From NCBI GenBank assembly GCA_934096815.1, contig CAKOMY010000004.1, positions 7,436 to 71,435 on the forward strand: a stretch of 64,000 bases of DNA. Direction: 5' to 3'. The position numbers and the translations under genes are program-made. Below the pieces are notes generated by a model. The model did not search any database. It was given only the letters and a program-made list of their open reading frames with translations, and had not been told where the DNA came from. The first letter of the stretch is position 1, and the number at the start of each line of letters is the position of its first letter. The stretch is from an uncultured Bacilli bacterium (lineage in GTDB: Bacteria; Bacillota_I; Bacilli_A; RF39; UBA660). Shown here piece by piece: positions 21,194 through 30,732 of this stretch.

Positions 21194-21244
21194 TTGAACA
21201 AAAACGAACAAAAGATTAAAATTATATAAGAAGTATGCTATAAT
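21194..21244 (+). promoter_or_regulatory. cassette promoter P-A1 with phased upstream direct repeats
   Basis: GAACAAAAACGAACAAAAG (two GAACAAAA repeats 10 bp apart), then a TTAAAA -35, a 17-bp spacer and TGCTATAAT (extended -10) at 21236..21244. Confidence 0.55.
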
Positions 21245-21265
21245 ACCAGTAATTTAAGGGAGTGA

Positions 21266-21895
21266 ATGGTTATGGAATTTAAAATATATTTTAATGATAA
21301 TAATAGTGTTGAAATATTAGATGAAGAACTACAAAAAATTGGTATTAATGAACTTTTACAAAGATTAAAAAATAGTGATTATAATGAAGAACATAAATTT
21401 ATTTTTCTCGATTCAAATAATAACGAAATTTGGTTAGAAACATTTGAAGGCTATGGAACTACTTTATGTGAAATTAATGTTGACGCTAGGTTTAGAGGTT
21501 ATTATGATGTAGATCGTAATGCTAGTTTTGAGTTAAAATTTGATATGGAAAACATTAATTATCATGCATTTGGTAGAGGATCATCTTGTGGTGCAAATTA
21601 TTTTACATTTGGTAATGATGTAATAAATGACATAATAGATTGTTGGTGGGAAAAAGCGTGGCTTTATAGAGATTATGGAAATTTTGAAAATATTTTTAAT
21701 TCTATTTTAAAAATTGAATTTCAAAGAGCAATAGATTATCGGAAACATAATTTTTCTAAAATAAAAGAACATCTTTTATTTTATCAACAAAGGCTTTTAT
21801 TTGAAAAGAAACAAATAGATGATAAATTAGAACATAATTCTTTATTACTTTCAAAATTAGAAGATGAGAAAAATAAAGGGTTACGTATAAAGTAA
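21266..21895 (+). CDS. cassette protein A1 (conserved N/C termini, variable core)
   Basis: 209 aa. The N-terminal ~43 aa and the C-terminal NIF.SILKIE.QRAIDYR..NF..IKEHL block are shared with 22618..23253 and 24005..24649. The central ~80 aa are unrelated between copies. Confidence 0.6.
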   Translation: MVMEFKIYFNDNNSVEILDEELQKIGINELLQRLKNSDYNEEHKFIFLDSNNNEIWLETFEGYGTTLCEINVDARFRGYYDVDRNASFELKFDMENINYHAFGRGSSCGANYFTFGNDVINDIIDCWWEKAWLYRDYGNFENIFNSILKIEFQRAIDYRKHNFSKIKEHLLFYQQRLLFEKKQIDDKLEHNSLLLSKLEDEKNKGLRIK

Positions 21896-21914
21896 TAAGT
21901 GTAAATAATATAGG

Positions 21915-21945
21915 AATTAGTTTGAAATATAACTAATTTTTATTT
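21915..21945 (+). terminator. rho-independent terminator (cassette unit 1)
   Basis: AATTAGTT-tgaaatata-AACTAATT hairpin followed by TTTTATTT. The same element recurs at 23275 and 24673. Confidence 0.6.
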
Positions 21946-21965
21946 GGCTTTAGACGAGCAAAAGG

Positions 21966-21994
21966 TTGAAATTATATAAAAAGTGTGCTATAAT
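21966..21994 (+). promoter_or_regulatory. cassette promoter P-B1
   Basis: TTGAAA at 21966..21971, a 17-bp spacer, then TGCTATAAT. Confidence 0.6.
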
Positions 21995-22019
21995 ACCAGT
22001 AATTTAAGGGGGAATTATT

Positions 22020-22601
22020 GTGAATAATATGATTATTACATATGATTATGTTGGATTAGATGGTAAAGTATATTCTGATTCTTGTAGAGGAAATTCTGAA
22101 AGATTATTTTTGAATCTAGATGCAATTATTTCTTTTAGTGTTTACTATTTTGATGAGCAAGGAAAGTATGTTAGAGAAGCTTATTTTATTTTAAATAAAG
22201 AGAATGAGTATAGCGATAGACTTAACGAATTATATTTTAGGGAAAGTCAAAGACTAATACGTAATTGGATTAATCAAAGAGGCCTTAATAAAAATGGATA
22301 TTTTGATAGATATGATGCATTATATATTGATGGTTTTAGCACATATTCTAATGAGGAATCATTTAAAGAACTTAAAAATAAATTAGAAAAATTAGATTCA
22401 CAAAAGAATGAACAAAATGCTTTATTAAACGTTCTTGGCAAAATTAGTGATTATGCAATTTTTTTAGAAACATCATCGAATACAACAGTAGGAGAATTTA
22501 TGAATCATACTTATATGTGTTCTTCAAGAAATGAACTTACTGCTAAATTAATGGAAATGATGTTGTATGCAGAAAAAGAAAACAAAGGTAAAAGAAGATA
22601 A
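22020..22601 (+). CDS. cassette protein B1
   Basis: 193 aa with a GTG start after GGGGG. Near-identical (only a few substitutions) to 23407..23988. Confidence 0.6.
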   Translation: MNNMIITYDYVGLDGKVYSDSCRGNSERLFLNLDAIISFSVYYFDEQGKYVREAYFILNKENEYSDRLNELYFRESQRLIRNWINQRGLNKNGYFDRYDALYIDGFSTYSNEESFKELKNKLEKLDSQKNEQNALLNVLGKISDYAIFLETSSNTTVGEFMNHTYMCSSRNELTAKLMEMMLYAEKENKGKRR

Positions 22602-22617
22602 AAATTCAAGGGAGTGA

Positions 22618-23253
22618 ATGGTTATGAAATTTAAAATATATTTTAATGATAATAATAGTGTTGAAATATTAGATGAAGAACTACAAAAAATTGATATTAA
22701 TGAACTTTTACAAAGATTAAGAGATAGTGATTATAATGAGGACCATGAAATTGATTGTTATACACCGGATAATACAATTCATTTGCTCGTTAATTGTATT
22801 GATGATGTGGTAAATGATATTTTATACCAAATTTATGTTGAAACTATATATGATGATAAACATAAAGATAGTGAAAATCTAAATATGAATTTTAAAATAA
22901 CTCATGTTCGTTATGATATAGGTTCTATATATAATGCGATGTCTTTTGTTAGAAATTATGATGTATTCAGTAATGAAATGAATAATTTAATTGATGAGTG
23001 GTGCAAAAAGTCAGTTAATAATTTTAGTGAAAAAAATGAATTGAGAAATATTTTTAGTGCTATTTTAAAAATTGAAATCCAAAGAGCAATAGATTATCGA
23101 ACCAATAATTTTACTAGAATAAAGGAACATCTTCATATTTGCAAAGAAATTCTTATATATCAAAAATTAGAGATAGTTCATAAAATTGAGTCTTATTCTA
23201 AATTATTTTCAGTATTAGATAATGAAAGTAAAAGAAAAAATTTAAAGAAATAG
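22618..23253 (+). CDS. cassette protein A2
   Basis: 211 aa. Follows B1 by 16 nt carrying an AGGGAG RBS (co-transcribed). Termini conserved, core variable. Confidence 0.6.
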   Translation: MVMKFKIYFNDNNSVEILDEELQKIDINELLQRLRDSDYNEDHEIDCYTPDNTIHLLVNCIDDVVNDILYQIYVETIYDDKHKDSENLNMNFKITHVRYDIGSIYNAMSFVRNYDVFSNEMNNLIDEWCKKSVNNFSEKNELRNIFSAILKIEIQRAIDYRTNNFTRIKEHLHICKEILIYQKLEIVHKIESYSKLFSVLDNESKRKNLKK

Positions 23254-23274
23254 ATATAAAATATTTTATGTATA

Positions 23275-23305
23275 AATTAGTTTGAAATATAACTAATTTT
23301 TATTT
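23275..23305 (+). terminator. rho-independent terminator (cassette unit 2)
   Basis: Identical AATTAGTTtgaaatataAACTAATT hairpin plus a T-run. Confidence 0.6.
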
Positions 23306-23330
23306 GATTTTAGGTGAGAAATACTTAATT

Positions 23331-23380
23331 TGAACAAAAACGAACAAAAGGTTGAAATTATATAAAATGTATGCTATAAT
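23331..23380 (+). promoter_or_regulatory. cassette promoter P-B2 with phased upstream direct repeats
   Basis: GAACAAAAACGAACAAAAG, then TTGAAA at 23352..23357, a 17-bp spacer and TGCTATAAT. Confidence 0.6.
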
Positions 23381-23406
23381 ACCAGTAATTTAAGGGGGAA
23401 ATTATT

Positions 23407-23988
23407 ATGAATAATATGATTATTACATATGATTATGTTGGATTAGATGGTAAAGTATATTCTGATTCTTGTAGAGGAAATTCTGAAAGATTATTTTTGA
23501 ATCTAGATGCAATTATTTCTTTTAGTGTTTACTATTTTGATGAGCAAGGAAAGTATGTTAGAGAAGCTTATTTTATTTTAAATAAAGAGAATGAGTATAG
23601 CGATAGACTTAACGAATTATATTTTAGGGAAAGTCAAAGACTAATACGTAATTGGATTAATCAAAGAGGCCTTAATAAAAATGGATATTTTGATAGATAT
23701 GATGCATTATATATTGATGGTTTTAACGCATATTCCAATGAAGAATCATTTAAAGAACTTAAAAATAAATTAGAAAAATTAGATTCACAAAAGGATGAAC
23801 AAAATGCTTTATTAAGTGTTCTTGGCAAAATCAAGGATTATGCAATTTCTTTAGAAACATCATCAAATACAACAGTAGAAGAATTTATGAAACATACTCA
23901 TATGTGTTCTTCAAGAAAAGAATTTACTGCTAAATTAATGGAAATGATGTTGTGTGCAGAAAAAGAAAACAAGGGTAAAAGAAGATAA
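23407..23988 (+). CDS. cassette protein B2
   Basis: 193 aa with an ATG start. Near-identical to B1. Confidence 0.6.
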   Translation: MNNMIITYDYVGLDGKVYSDSCRGNSERLFLNLDAIISFSVYYFDEQGKYVREAYFILNKENEYSDRLNELYFRESQRLIRNWINQRGLNKNGYFDRYDALYIDGFNAYSNEESFKELKNKLEKLDSQKDEQNALLSVLGKIKDYAISLETSSNTTVEEFMKHTHMCSSRKEFTAKLMEMMLCAEKENKGKRR

Positions 23989-24004
23989 AAATTTAAGGGA
24001 GTGA

Positions 24005-24649
24005 ATGGTTATGAAATTTAAAATATATTTTAATGATAATAATAGTGTTGAAATATTAGATGAAAAATTACAAAAAATTAGTGTTAATGAACTTTTACAA
24101 AAATTAATAGATAGTGATTATAATGAGGAACATGAAATTGAATTTTATACAAAAAATAATGACAAAATTTCTTTTATAGCAGGAAATTCTTATGAAGTGT
24201 TAAACGGAACTTTATATCAAATTCGTGCTAAAGCTTTTTGCTATGATGATTTATTAGATTTTAAATATATTGGTTGTTTAGATATATTTTTTAAAATATC
24301 CGAGGTTTATTGCTATATAAGCAATTTATACAGTCCTATGCTCTTATATCCAAGTTATAGTTTATTCAATGAGAAAATGAATGATATAATTAATAAATGG
24401 TGGAAAAGCACAGTTAATATTAGTGTAAATGATGAATTTAGAAATATATTTAATGCTATTTTGAAAATTGAAATTCAAAGAGCAATAGAATATCGAACTA
24501 ATAATTTTACTAAAATAAAGGAAAATCTTCTAGTTTATAAAAAAATTCTTTTAGATCAAAAGAAAGAGATAGATGATAAAATTGATTCTTGCTCTTCAGT
24601 ATTGCTATTATTAGATGATGAAAGTAAAAAATTAAATTTAAGGAAATAA
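24005..24649 (+). CDS. cassette protein A3
   Basis: 214 aa. Termini conserved, core variable. RBS AGGGAG. Confidence 0.6.
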   Translation: MVMKFKIYFNDNNSVEILDEKLQKISVNELLQKLIDSDYNEEHEIEFYTKNNDKISFIAGNSYEVLNGTLYQIRAKAFCYDDLLDFKYIGCLDIFFKISEVYCYISNLYSPMLLYPSYSLFNEKMNDIINKWWKSTVNISVNDEFRNIFNAILKIEIQRAIEYRTNNFTKIKENLLVYKKILLDQKKEIDDKIDSCSSVLLLLDDESKKLNLRK

Positions 24650-24672
24650 ATATTAAATATTCTTATATAAGA

Positions 24673-24703
24673 ATTGGTTTGAAATATAACTAATTTTTAT
24701 TTA
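24673..24703 (+). terminator. rho-independent terminator (cassette unit 3)
   Basis: AATTGGTTtgaaatataAACTAATT hairpin plus a T-run. Confidence 0.55.
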
Positions 24704-24779
24704 GTTTAGGTGAAAAATAGTTTGACTTTATGGGCTATTTTAAGTAAAATATTAGTATAGTTGATTATTAAAGAAGAAG

Positions 24780-24975
24780 TAATTATTAGGCAATATATTT
24801 AAAGAGAGAGTTAGTTGGTGGAAATACTTAATATGTAATAATTATGAGACATTCTTAATATAAAATAATCCGGGTAACTACGATATAAGTTTAATAAAGG
24901 CTTTAACAAGTGAAATAAGGTGGCACAGCGGATATATTTCGCCCTTAACTATTATTTCCTTGTTTTTTATTTTAA
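24780..24975 (+). promoter_or_regulatory. putative T-box riboswitch leader of the hisS operon
   Basis: AAUAAGGUGGCACAGCGG at 24914..24931 resembles the T-box consensus AAUUAGGGUGGUACCGCGG. An alternative pairing of GAAAUAAGG with CCUUAACUAUUAUUUC precedes a U-run (24960..24973). An AGAGAGA-rich 5' region and CAU/CAC triplets are present. The full fold was not verified. Confidence 0.45.
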
Positions 24976-24990
24976 GAAAGGATGATTTAA

Positions 24991-26250
24991 ATGATTACTA
25001 AACCAAAAGGAACTTATGATGTTTATGGGCTTGATGCGAAGAAGAGAGAATATGTTAATGAAATTATTAAAGGAATATGTCAAAAATATAATTTTGTTAA
25101 TGTAGAGACTCCAGTATTTGAAGATTCAAGTTTATTTCATAGAAGTGCTGGAGAAACTAGTGATTTAGTTAGTAAAGAAACTTATGATTTTAAAGATAGA
25201 GGAGATAGAAATTTAACTTTAAGACCAGAAGGAACTGCGGGAATTGTTAGATGGTTTATTGAAAATAAGTTATATGGTAATATGACTGAACCAGTTAAAG
25301 TTTATTATAATGAGAAGATGTATCGTTATGAAAGACCACAATCAGGAAGAAATAGAGAGTTTACACAGTTTGGTGTAGAAATGATTGGATCAGATGATAT
25401 TGCTAGTGATGTTGAGGTTATTTCTTTATGCTATAATATCTTCAATTTATTAGGACTTGATGCAGTTATTAAAATAAATACTTTAGGAGATAGAGAATCA
25501 AGAGAAAAATATCATGATGCTTTAACTAATTATTTAAAACCTCATATTAAAGATTTATGTGAAGATTGTCAAAGAAGATTTGAAACTAATCCTTTAAGAA
25601 TACTTGATTGTAAGATTGATGGAGATAAAGATATAATTAAGAATGCTCCTAAGATAGCTGATTATTTAAATGAAGAAAGTTTAAATAGATATAATAAGTT
25701 AAAAGAAGAACTTGATTTATTAGAAATAAATTATGAGGAAAACACTAATTTAGTTAGAGGACTTGATTATTATAATCATGTAGTGTTTGAAATTAATGTA
25801 AACATTGATGGAATTGATACGCTAGCAATTGGTGGTGGCGGAAGATACAATAATTTAGTAGAAAGTTTGGATGGTCCAAGTGTTCCTGCTGTTGGTTTTG
25901 CAATTGGTTTTGATCGATTAATGATGTGTTTAGATATGGCTCATGTAAATATTCCAGTTAATAATGATGTTGATGTATATATTATGTATGTTTCTGATAC
26001 TGAAAAAGATACGGCTTTATATATTGCTCAGAACTTAAGACTAAATGGATTTACAACTGAGATGGATTATTTAGGAAAAGGATTAAAAGGACAATTTAAA
26101 GCAGCTGATAGATTTAATGCGAAATATTTGGTTATATTAAATGATAAAGATTTAGAAGATATGATGGTAAACGTTAAGGATAATGTTACTAAGGAAGAAG
26201 AAAAAGTTAATATTAATGATTTATCTGATTATTTAGATATGAAATTATAG
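24991..26250 (+). CDS. hisS: histidine--tRNA ligase
   Basis: 419 aa. Class II motifs, including the HisRS-specific LRPEGTAGIVR and the GGGRYNNL region. Confidence 0.9.
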   Translation: MITKPKGTYDVYGLDAKKREYVNEIIKGICQKYNFVNVETPVFEDSSLFHRSAGETSDLVSKETYDFKDRGDRNLTLRPEGTAGIVRWFIENKLYGNMTEPVKVYYNEKMYRYERPQSGRNREFTQFGVEMIGSDDIASDVEVISLCYNIFNLLGLDAVIKINTLGDRESREKYHDALTNYLKPHIKDLCEDCQRRFETNPLRILDCKIDGDKDIIKNAPKIADYLNEESLNRYNKLKEELDLLEINYEENTNLVRGLDYYNHVVFEINVNIDGIDTLAIGGGGRYNNLVESLDGPSVPAVGFAIGFDRLMMCLDMAHVNIPVNNDVDVYIMYVSDTEKDTALYIAQNLRLNGFTTEMDYLGKGLKGQFKAADRFNAKYLVILNDKDLEDMMVNVKDNVTKEEEKVNINDLSDYLDMKL

Positions 26251-26253
26251 GAG

Positions 26254-27627
26254 ATGTTAAAAATGGATATAAAAGATTTATTTAAAGAAAGTTATATTGG
26301 AAAAAAAGTTACAATTTCAGGATGGGTTAGAAATCATAGAAAGAGTTCAAATTTTGCTTTTATAGTACTATCTGATGGAACAACTATTAATACTTTACAA
26401 GTTGTTTATGATACTAGTTTAAGTAATTATGAAGAAATTAATAAAGTACTTGTTGGATCTAGTTTAGAAGTAGCCGGAACTATTGTTGAATCTAGTGGAA
26501 ATCAAGATTTTGAACTTAAAGCAGAAAGTATTAAGGTTCTTGGACTTGCTGATGAAACTTATCCAATTCAAGCTAAAAGACATACTAGAGAGTTTTTAAG
26601 GGAAGTAGGTCATTTAAGAGCTAGAACTAATTTATTTAATGCGGTATTTAGAGTAAGAAGTGTTGCTGCTATGGCAATTCATAAATATTTTCAAGATCGT
26701 AATTATGTATATTTTCATGCTCCAATTATAACTAGTTCTGATTGTGAAGGAGCAGGAGAAATGTTCCAAGTTACAACTCTTGATTTAAATCGTATAGCAT
26801 CAAGTGGTAAATATGAACCGGAAAAAGATTTTTATGGTAAAACAACGGGATTAACTGTTAGTGGCCAATTAGAGGCTGAAACATTTGCAACAGCGTTTAA
26901 GAAAACTTATACTTTTGGTCCTACTTTTAGAGCAGAAAACTCAAATACGAAAGTTCATGCTTCTGAGTTCTGGATGATTGAGCCGGAAATTTCCTTTTGT
27001 GATTTAGAAGGCGATATGGACATAATGGAAGATATGCTTAAATATGTTGTTAGTTATGTTTTAGAAAATGCGAAAGATGAAATGAAATTCTTAGATCAAT
27101 TTGTAGAAAAAGGATTAATAGATAAGTTAACTAGATTAGTTAATAGTAAATTTACAAGAATTGATCATAAAGATGTTATTACTATTTTAAAAAAAGCTGA
27201 TGTTAAGTGGGAATTTGAGCCAGCCTATGGTGAAGATATTGCTAAAGAACATGAAAAATATATTACTGAATACTTTAATGGACCAGTATTTATTAAGAAT
27301 TGGCCAAAAGATATTAAGGCATTTTATATGAAACAAAATGAAGATGGAGAAACAGTTGCTGCTGTTGATTTAGAAGTACCAGGTGCTGGTGAATTGATGG
27401 GTGGATCTCAAAGAGAAGAAAGTTATGAAAAATTAGTAAAACGTATGGATGAACTAGGAATGAATAAAGAAGAACTTGCTTGGTATTTAGATTTAAGAAA
27501 ATATGGTACTTGTATACATTCTGGATTTGGTATGGGATTTGAAAGATTACTTATTTATATTACAGGTATTGATAATATTCGTGATGTTATTCCTTATCCA
27601 AGAACACCAGGAAATTGTGAATTTTAA
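26254..27627 (+). CDS. asnS: asparagine--tRNA ligase
   Basis: 457 aa. N-terminal OB anticodon-binding domain, motif 2 FRAENSNTKVHASEFWMIEPE and motif 3 GFGMGFERLLIYITGIDNIRDVIPYPRT match AsnRS. Confidence 0.8.
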   Translation: MLKMDIKDLFKESYIGKKVTISGWVRNHRKSSNFAFIVLSDGTTINTLQVVYDTSLSNYEEINKVLVGSSLEVAGTIVESSGNQDFELKAESIKVLGLADETYPIQAKRHTREFLREVGHLRARTNLFNAVFRVRSVAAMAIHKYFQDRNYVYFHAPIITSSDCEGAGEMFQVTTLDLNRIASSGKYEPEKDFYGKTTGLTVSGQLEAETFATAFKKTYTFGPTFRAENSNTKVHASEFWMIEPEISFCDLEGDMDIMEDMLKYVVSYVLENAKDEMKFLDQFVEKGLIDKLTRLVNSKFTRIDHKDVITILKKADVKWEFEPAYGEDIAKEHEKYITEYFNGPVFIKNWPKDIKAFYMKQNEDGETVAAVDLEVPGAGELMGGSQREESYEKLVKRMDELGMNKEELAWYLDLRKYGTCIHSGFGMGFERLLIYITGIDNIRDVIPYPRTPGNCEF

Positions 27628-27646
27628 TTTTTAGAAAGGATTATTT

Positions 27647-28936
27647 ATGAAAAGAGTATTAATTAAAAATTTAGAAGAGAATGAATTATCTAAAATTTCA
27701 GGAATGATTAAAACTATTAGAAATACCAAGTATATGATTTTTATTAAATTAAAAGATAGAACTGGGTATATTCAAGTTTCGGTTGATAAGATTAAAGAAG
27801 AACTTGCTGAGAAATGTGCTGCTTTAACAACTGGTTCTTTTGTATCATTTACTGGTAAAATGGTTATGAGTGAATATGTTAAAGATGGTGGTAAGGAATT
27901 TTTACCAGATGATGTAGAGATTTTATCACTAGCAGAAGCTTACCCAATTGAAGAAAATGCATTACCTGATAAGAAGTTAGATTATAGATGGATTGATTTA
28001 AGATGTGATGCTAAAGAATATATTATTCCTATTCAAAGTGCGTTTGTTAAATATTTGAGAGATTATTTATATAATCAAGATTTTACTGAGATTCATACTC
28101 CTAAGATTATAGGTACAGCTTCTGAATCTGGTTCATCTGTGTTTGAAGTTAAATATTTTAATGATAAAGCTTATTTAGCTCAAAGTCCTCAATTTTATAA
28201 ACAAATGGCTATTGCTTCTGGTTTAGAAAGAGTTTTTGAAGTTGCTCCGGCATTTAGAGCAGAGAACTCTAACACTAATAGACATTGTACTGAGTTTACA
28301 TCTTTTGACCTTGAATTTGCTTATATTAATTCATATGAAGACGTTATGCATTTAGAAGAAGAAATGCTTACTTATGCACTTGGAAAATTAAAAGAAAATT
28401 TTGGAGATATAATTAAAGAAAGATTTGGACAAGAAGTTATTGTTCCTAATAAGGCTTTTCCTAAAATTAAGTTATTTGATTTATATAAAGAATTAGAAAA
28501 AAGATATGGTTATAAAATTCCAGAACATGATATTGGAGATTTAAATGCGGAAACTGAGAAGTTAGCTTGTAAATTTGCAATGGAAGAATATGGTTCTGAA
28601 TTCTTATTCATAACTGATTATAATAAGGCTAAAAGACCTTTCTATCATATGAGAGATGAAAATGATGTTCCTCAAGGATATGACTTATTATGGAGAGGTA
28701 TGGAAATAACTAGTGGTTCTCAAAGAGAACATAGATATGATCATTTAAGACATAATGCGGATGAAAAAGGTTTAACTAAAGATGTTGAATTTTACATGCA
28801 ATTCTTTAAATATGGTATGCCACCTCATGGCGGATTTGCAATTGGAGTAGATAGATTAACATTATTGTTATTAGGACTTGACCATATTAGGGATGCACAG
28901 TTTATCTTTAGAGGACCTAATAGATTATATCCATAG
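27647..28936 (+). CDS. aspS: aspartate--tRNA ligase, archaeal/eukaryal type (AspRS2, likely non-discriminating)
   Basis: 429 aa. FRAENSNTNRHCTEFTSFDLE and the C-terminal GGFAIGVDRLTLLLLG...RGPNRLYP are typical of type-2 AspRS. Sits immediately upstream of gatCAB. Confidence 0.75.
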   Translation: MKRVLIKNLEENELSKISGMIKTIRNTKYMIFIKLKDRTGYIQVSVDKIKEELAEKCAALTTGSFVSFTGKMVMSEYVKDGGKEFLPDDVEILSLAEAYPIEENALPDKKLDYRWIDLRCDAKEYIIPIQSAFVKYLRDYLYNQDFTEIHTPKIIGTASESGSSVFEVKYFNDKAYLAQSPQFYKQMAIASGLERVFEVAPAFRAENSNTNRHCTEFTSFDLEFAYINSYEDVMHLEEEMLTYALGKLKENFGDIIKERFGQEVIVPNKAFPKIKLFDLYKELEKRYGYKIPEHDIGDLNAETEKLACKFAMEEYGSEFLFITDYNKAKRPFYHMRDENDVPQGYDLLWRGMEITSGSQREHRYDHLRHNADEKGLTKDVEFYMQFFKYGMPPHGGFAIGVDRLTLLLLGLDHIRDAQFIFRGPNRLYP

Positions 28937-28980
28937 GAGAAAGAATATTTATTCTTTTTTCTTTAAGTTAAGGAGGATTT

Positions 28981-29271
28981 ATGGATTTTACAAAAGAAAA
29001 AATAAGAAAACTTGCTGATTTACTGATGATTGGTTTAACTGATGAAGAAACTGATATGGTATTTGATGAGTTTGAAATTATAGATAAAAATATTAATAAA
29101 ATAAATGAGATTGAAAATATAAGCGAAGTTTTACCTATGACTCATGCTCTTGATGATTTTTATGCTGAATTAAGAGAAGATGTTTATGAAGAATCTATTC
29201 CAAGAGAAGAATTACTTGCTAACTCTGATCTAAATGATGGTGCTTCAGTAGTTTTACCAAAGGTGGTGTAA
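28981..29271 (+). CDS. gatC: Asp/Glu-tRNA amidotransferase subunit C
   Basis: 96 aa in the gatC-gatA-gatB order. KIAKLA-like N-terminus. Confidence 0.8.
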   Translation: MDFTKEKIRKLADLLMIGLTDEETDMVFDEFEIIDKNINKINEIENISEVLPMTHALDDFYAELREDVYEESIPREELLANSDLNDGASVVLPKVV

Positions 29272-29274
29272 ATA

Positions 29275-30732
29275 ATGCTAAATAAAACTATTAAAGAATT
29301 ACATGAGGATTTAATAAGTGGTAAAGTTACTAGTGATGAACTTGTTAAGGAATCTATTAAAATGTCTCATGAAGTAGAAAATAAATATAATGCTTTTGTA
29401 ACTATTTTAGATGATGCTAAAGGAGGTAAAGTTACTGATAATTTACTTTCTGGTATTCCTTTTGGAATTAAAGATAATTATTCAACTAAGGGAATATTAT
29501 CAACTGGTTCATCTAATACTTTAAAAGATTATGTTCCGTTTTTTGATGCTACGGCTGTAAGTAATTTGTATAAAGCAGGTGCTATTCCAACTAATAAAAC
29601 TGCTCTTGATGAATTTGGAATGGGTGGAACGGGAACAACTTGTCATACAGGCACAGTATTAAATCCATGGGATAGAACAAGAATGTGTGCTGGATCATCG
29701 GCTGGATCTGCTTGTGCGGTTGCGGCAGGAGTTTACCCTTATGCACTAGGATCAGATACTGGTGATTCAATTCGTAAGCCAGCAGCTTATTGCGGAATTG
29801 TTGGATATAAACCTACTTATGGAATGATTTCTAGATATGGATTATTTCCTTTTGCTTCAAGTTTAGATACATGTGGAGTTTTAACTAGGTGTGTTGAAGA
29901 TGCAACAATTGTTACAGATAATATGAAAGGTATTGATGAAAATGATATGACTTCATTTGATTCAACAAATATGCATTTATATGACAATTTAGATAAAAAT
30001 ATTAAGGGTAAAAAATTATTTTATATTAAGGAATTAATTGATGAAGAAAATTATCCTAATATGAATGATGAACTTAAAAAACATTTAGAAATATATCATG
30101 AAACAATTAAAAAATTAGAAGAAATAGGAGCAAGTGTTACAGGTGTTTCTATCGATAAAAAGATTCTTAATGCCTTACCATCAGTTTATGTCGTATTATC
30201 ATGTGCTGAAGCAACAAGCAATATGTCTAATTTAACTGGATTTATTTTTGGACCTAGAGAAGATGGTAAAAATTACATTGAAATGATGAAAAATTATCGT
30301 ACTAAGAACTTTTCTTCTTTAATTAAACGTAGATTTATAATTGGATCTTATGTTTTACAAAAAGAAAATCAAGAGAGATATTTTATTAATGCTCAAAGAG
30401 TTAGAAGATTAATTGTTGATATAATGAAAGATTATTTTGAAGAGTATGATGCAATGATTATGCCGGTTGGAGTAGGTGCTGCTAAACATATTGATGGATC
30501 TTTAGATATGATTGATAAAAACACTTCTGTACTTGATGAATTTTTACAAGTTGGTAATTTTGGAGGATTTCCTTCAATAACTATTCCGAATGGATTTATA
30601 GATAATTTACCTGTTGGAGTAAATATTACTGGTAACTGCTACGATGATCAAAATGTTTTAAATATTGCTTATGCTTTAGAAAGTGTTATGCCTTATAAAA
30701 ATCAAATTGCTAAGGAGGTAAATCATGAATGA
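29275..30732 (+). CDS. gatA: Asp/Glu-tRNA amidotransferase subunit A
   Basis: 485 aa. Amidase signature (GGSSAGSACAVAAG ... GSDTGDSIRKPA). Confidence 0.9.
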   Translation: MLNKTIKELHEDLISGKVTSDELVKESIKMSHEVENKYNAFVTILDDAKGGKVTDNLLSGIPFGIKDNYSTKGILSTGSSNTLKDYVPFFDATAVSNLYKAGAIPTNKTALDEFGMGGTGTTCHTGTVLNPWDRTRMCAGSSAGSACAVAAGVYPYALGSDTGDSIRKPAAYCGIVGYKPTYGMISRYGLFPFASSLDTCGVLTRCVEDATIVTDNMKGIDENDMTSFDSTNMHLYDNLDKNIKGKKLFYIKELIDEENYPNMNDELKKHLEIYHETIKKLEEIGASVTGVSIDKKILNALPSVYVVLSCAEATSNMSNLTGFIFGPREDGKNYIEMMKNYRTKNFSSLIKRRFIIGSYVLQKENQERYFINAQRVRRLIVDIMKDYFEEYDAMIMPVGVGAAKHIDGSLDMIDKNTSVLDEFLQVGNFGGFPSITIPNGFIDNLPVGVNITGNCYDDQNVLNIAYALESVMPYKNQIAKEVNHE

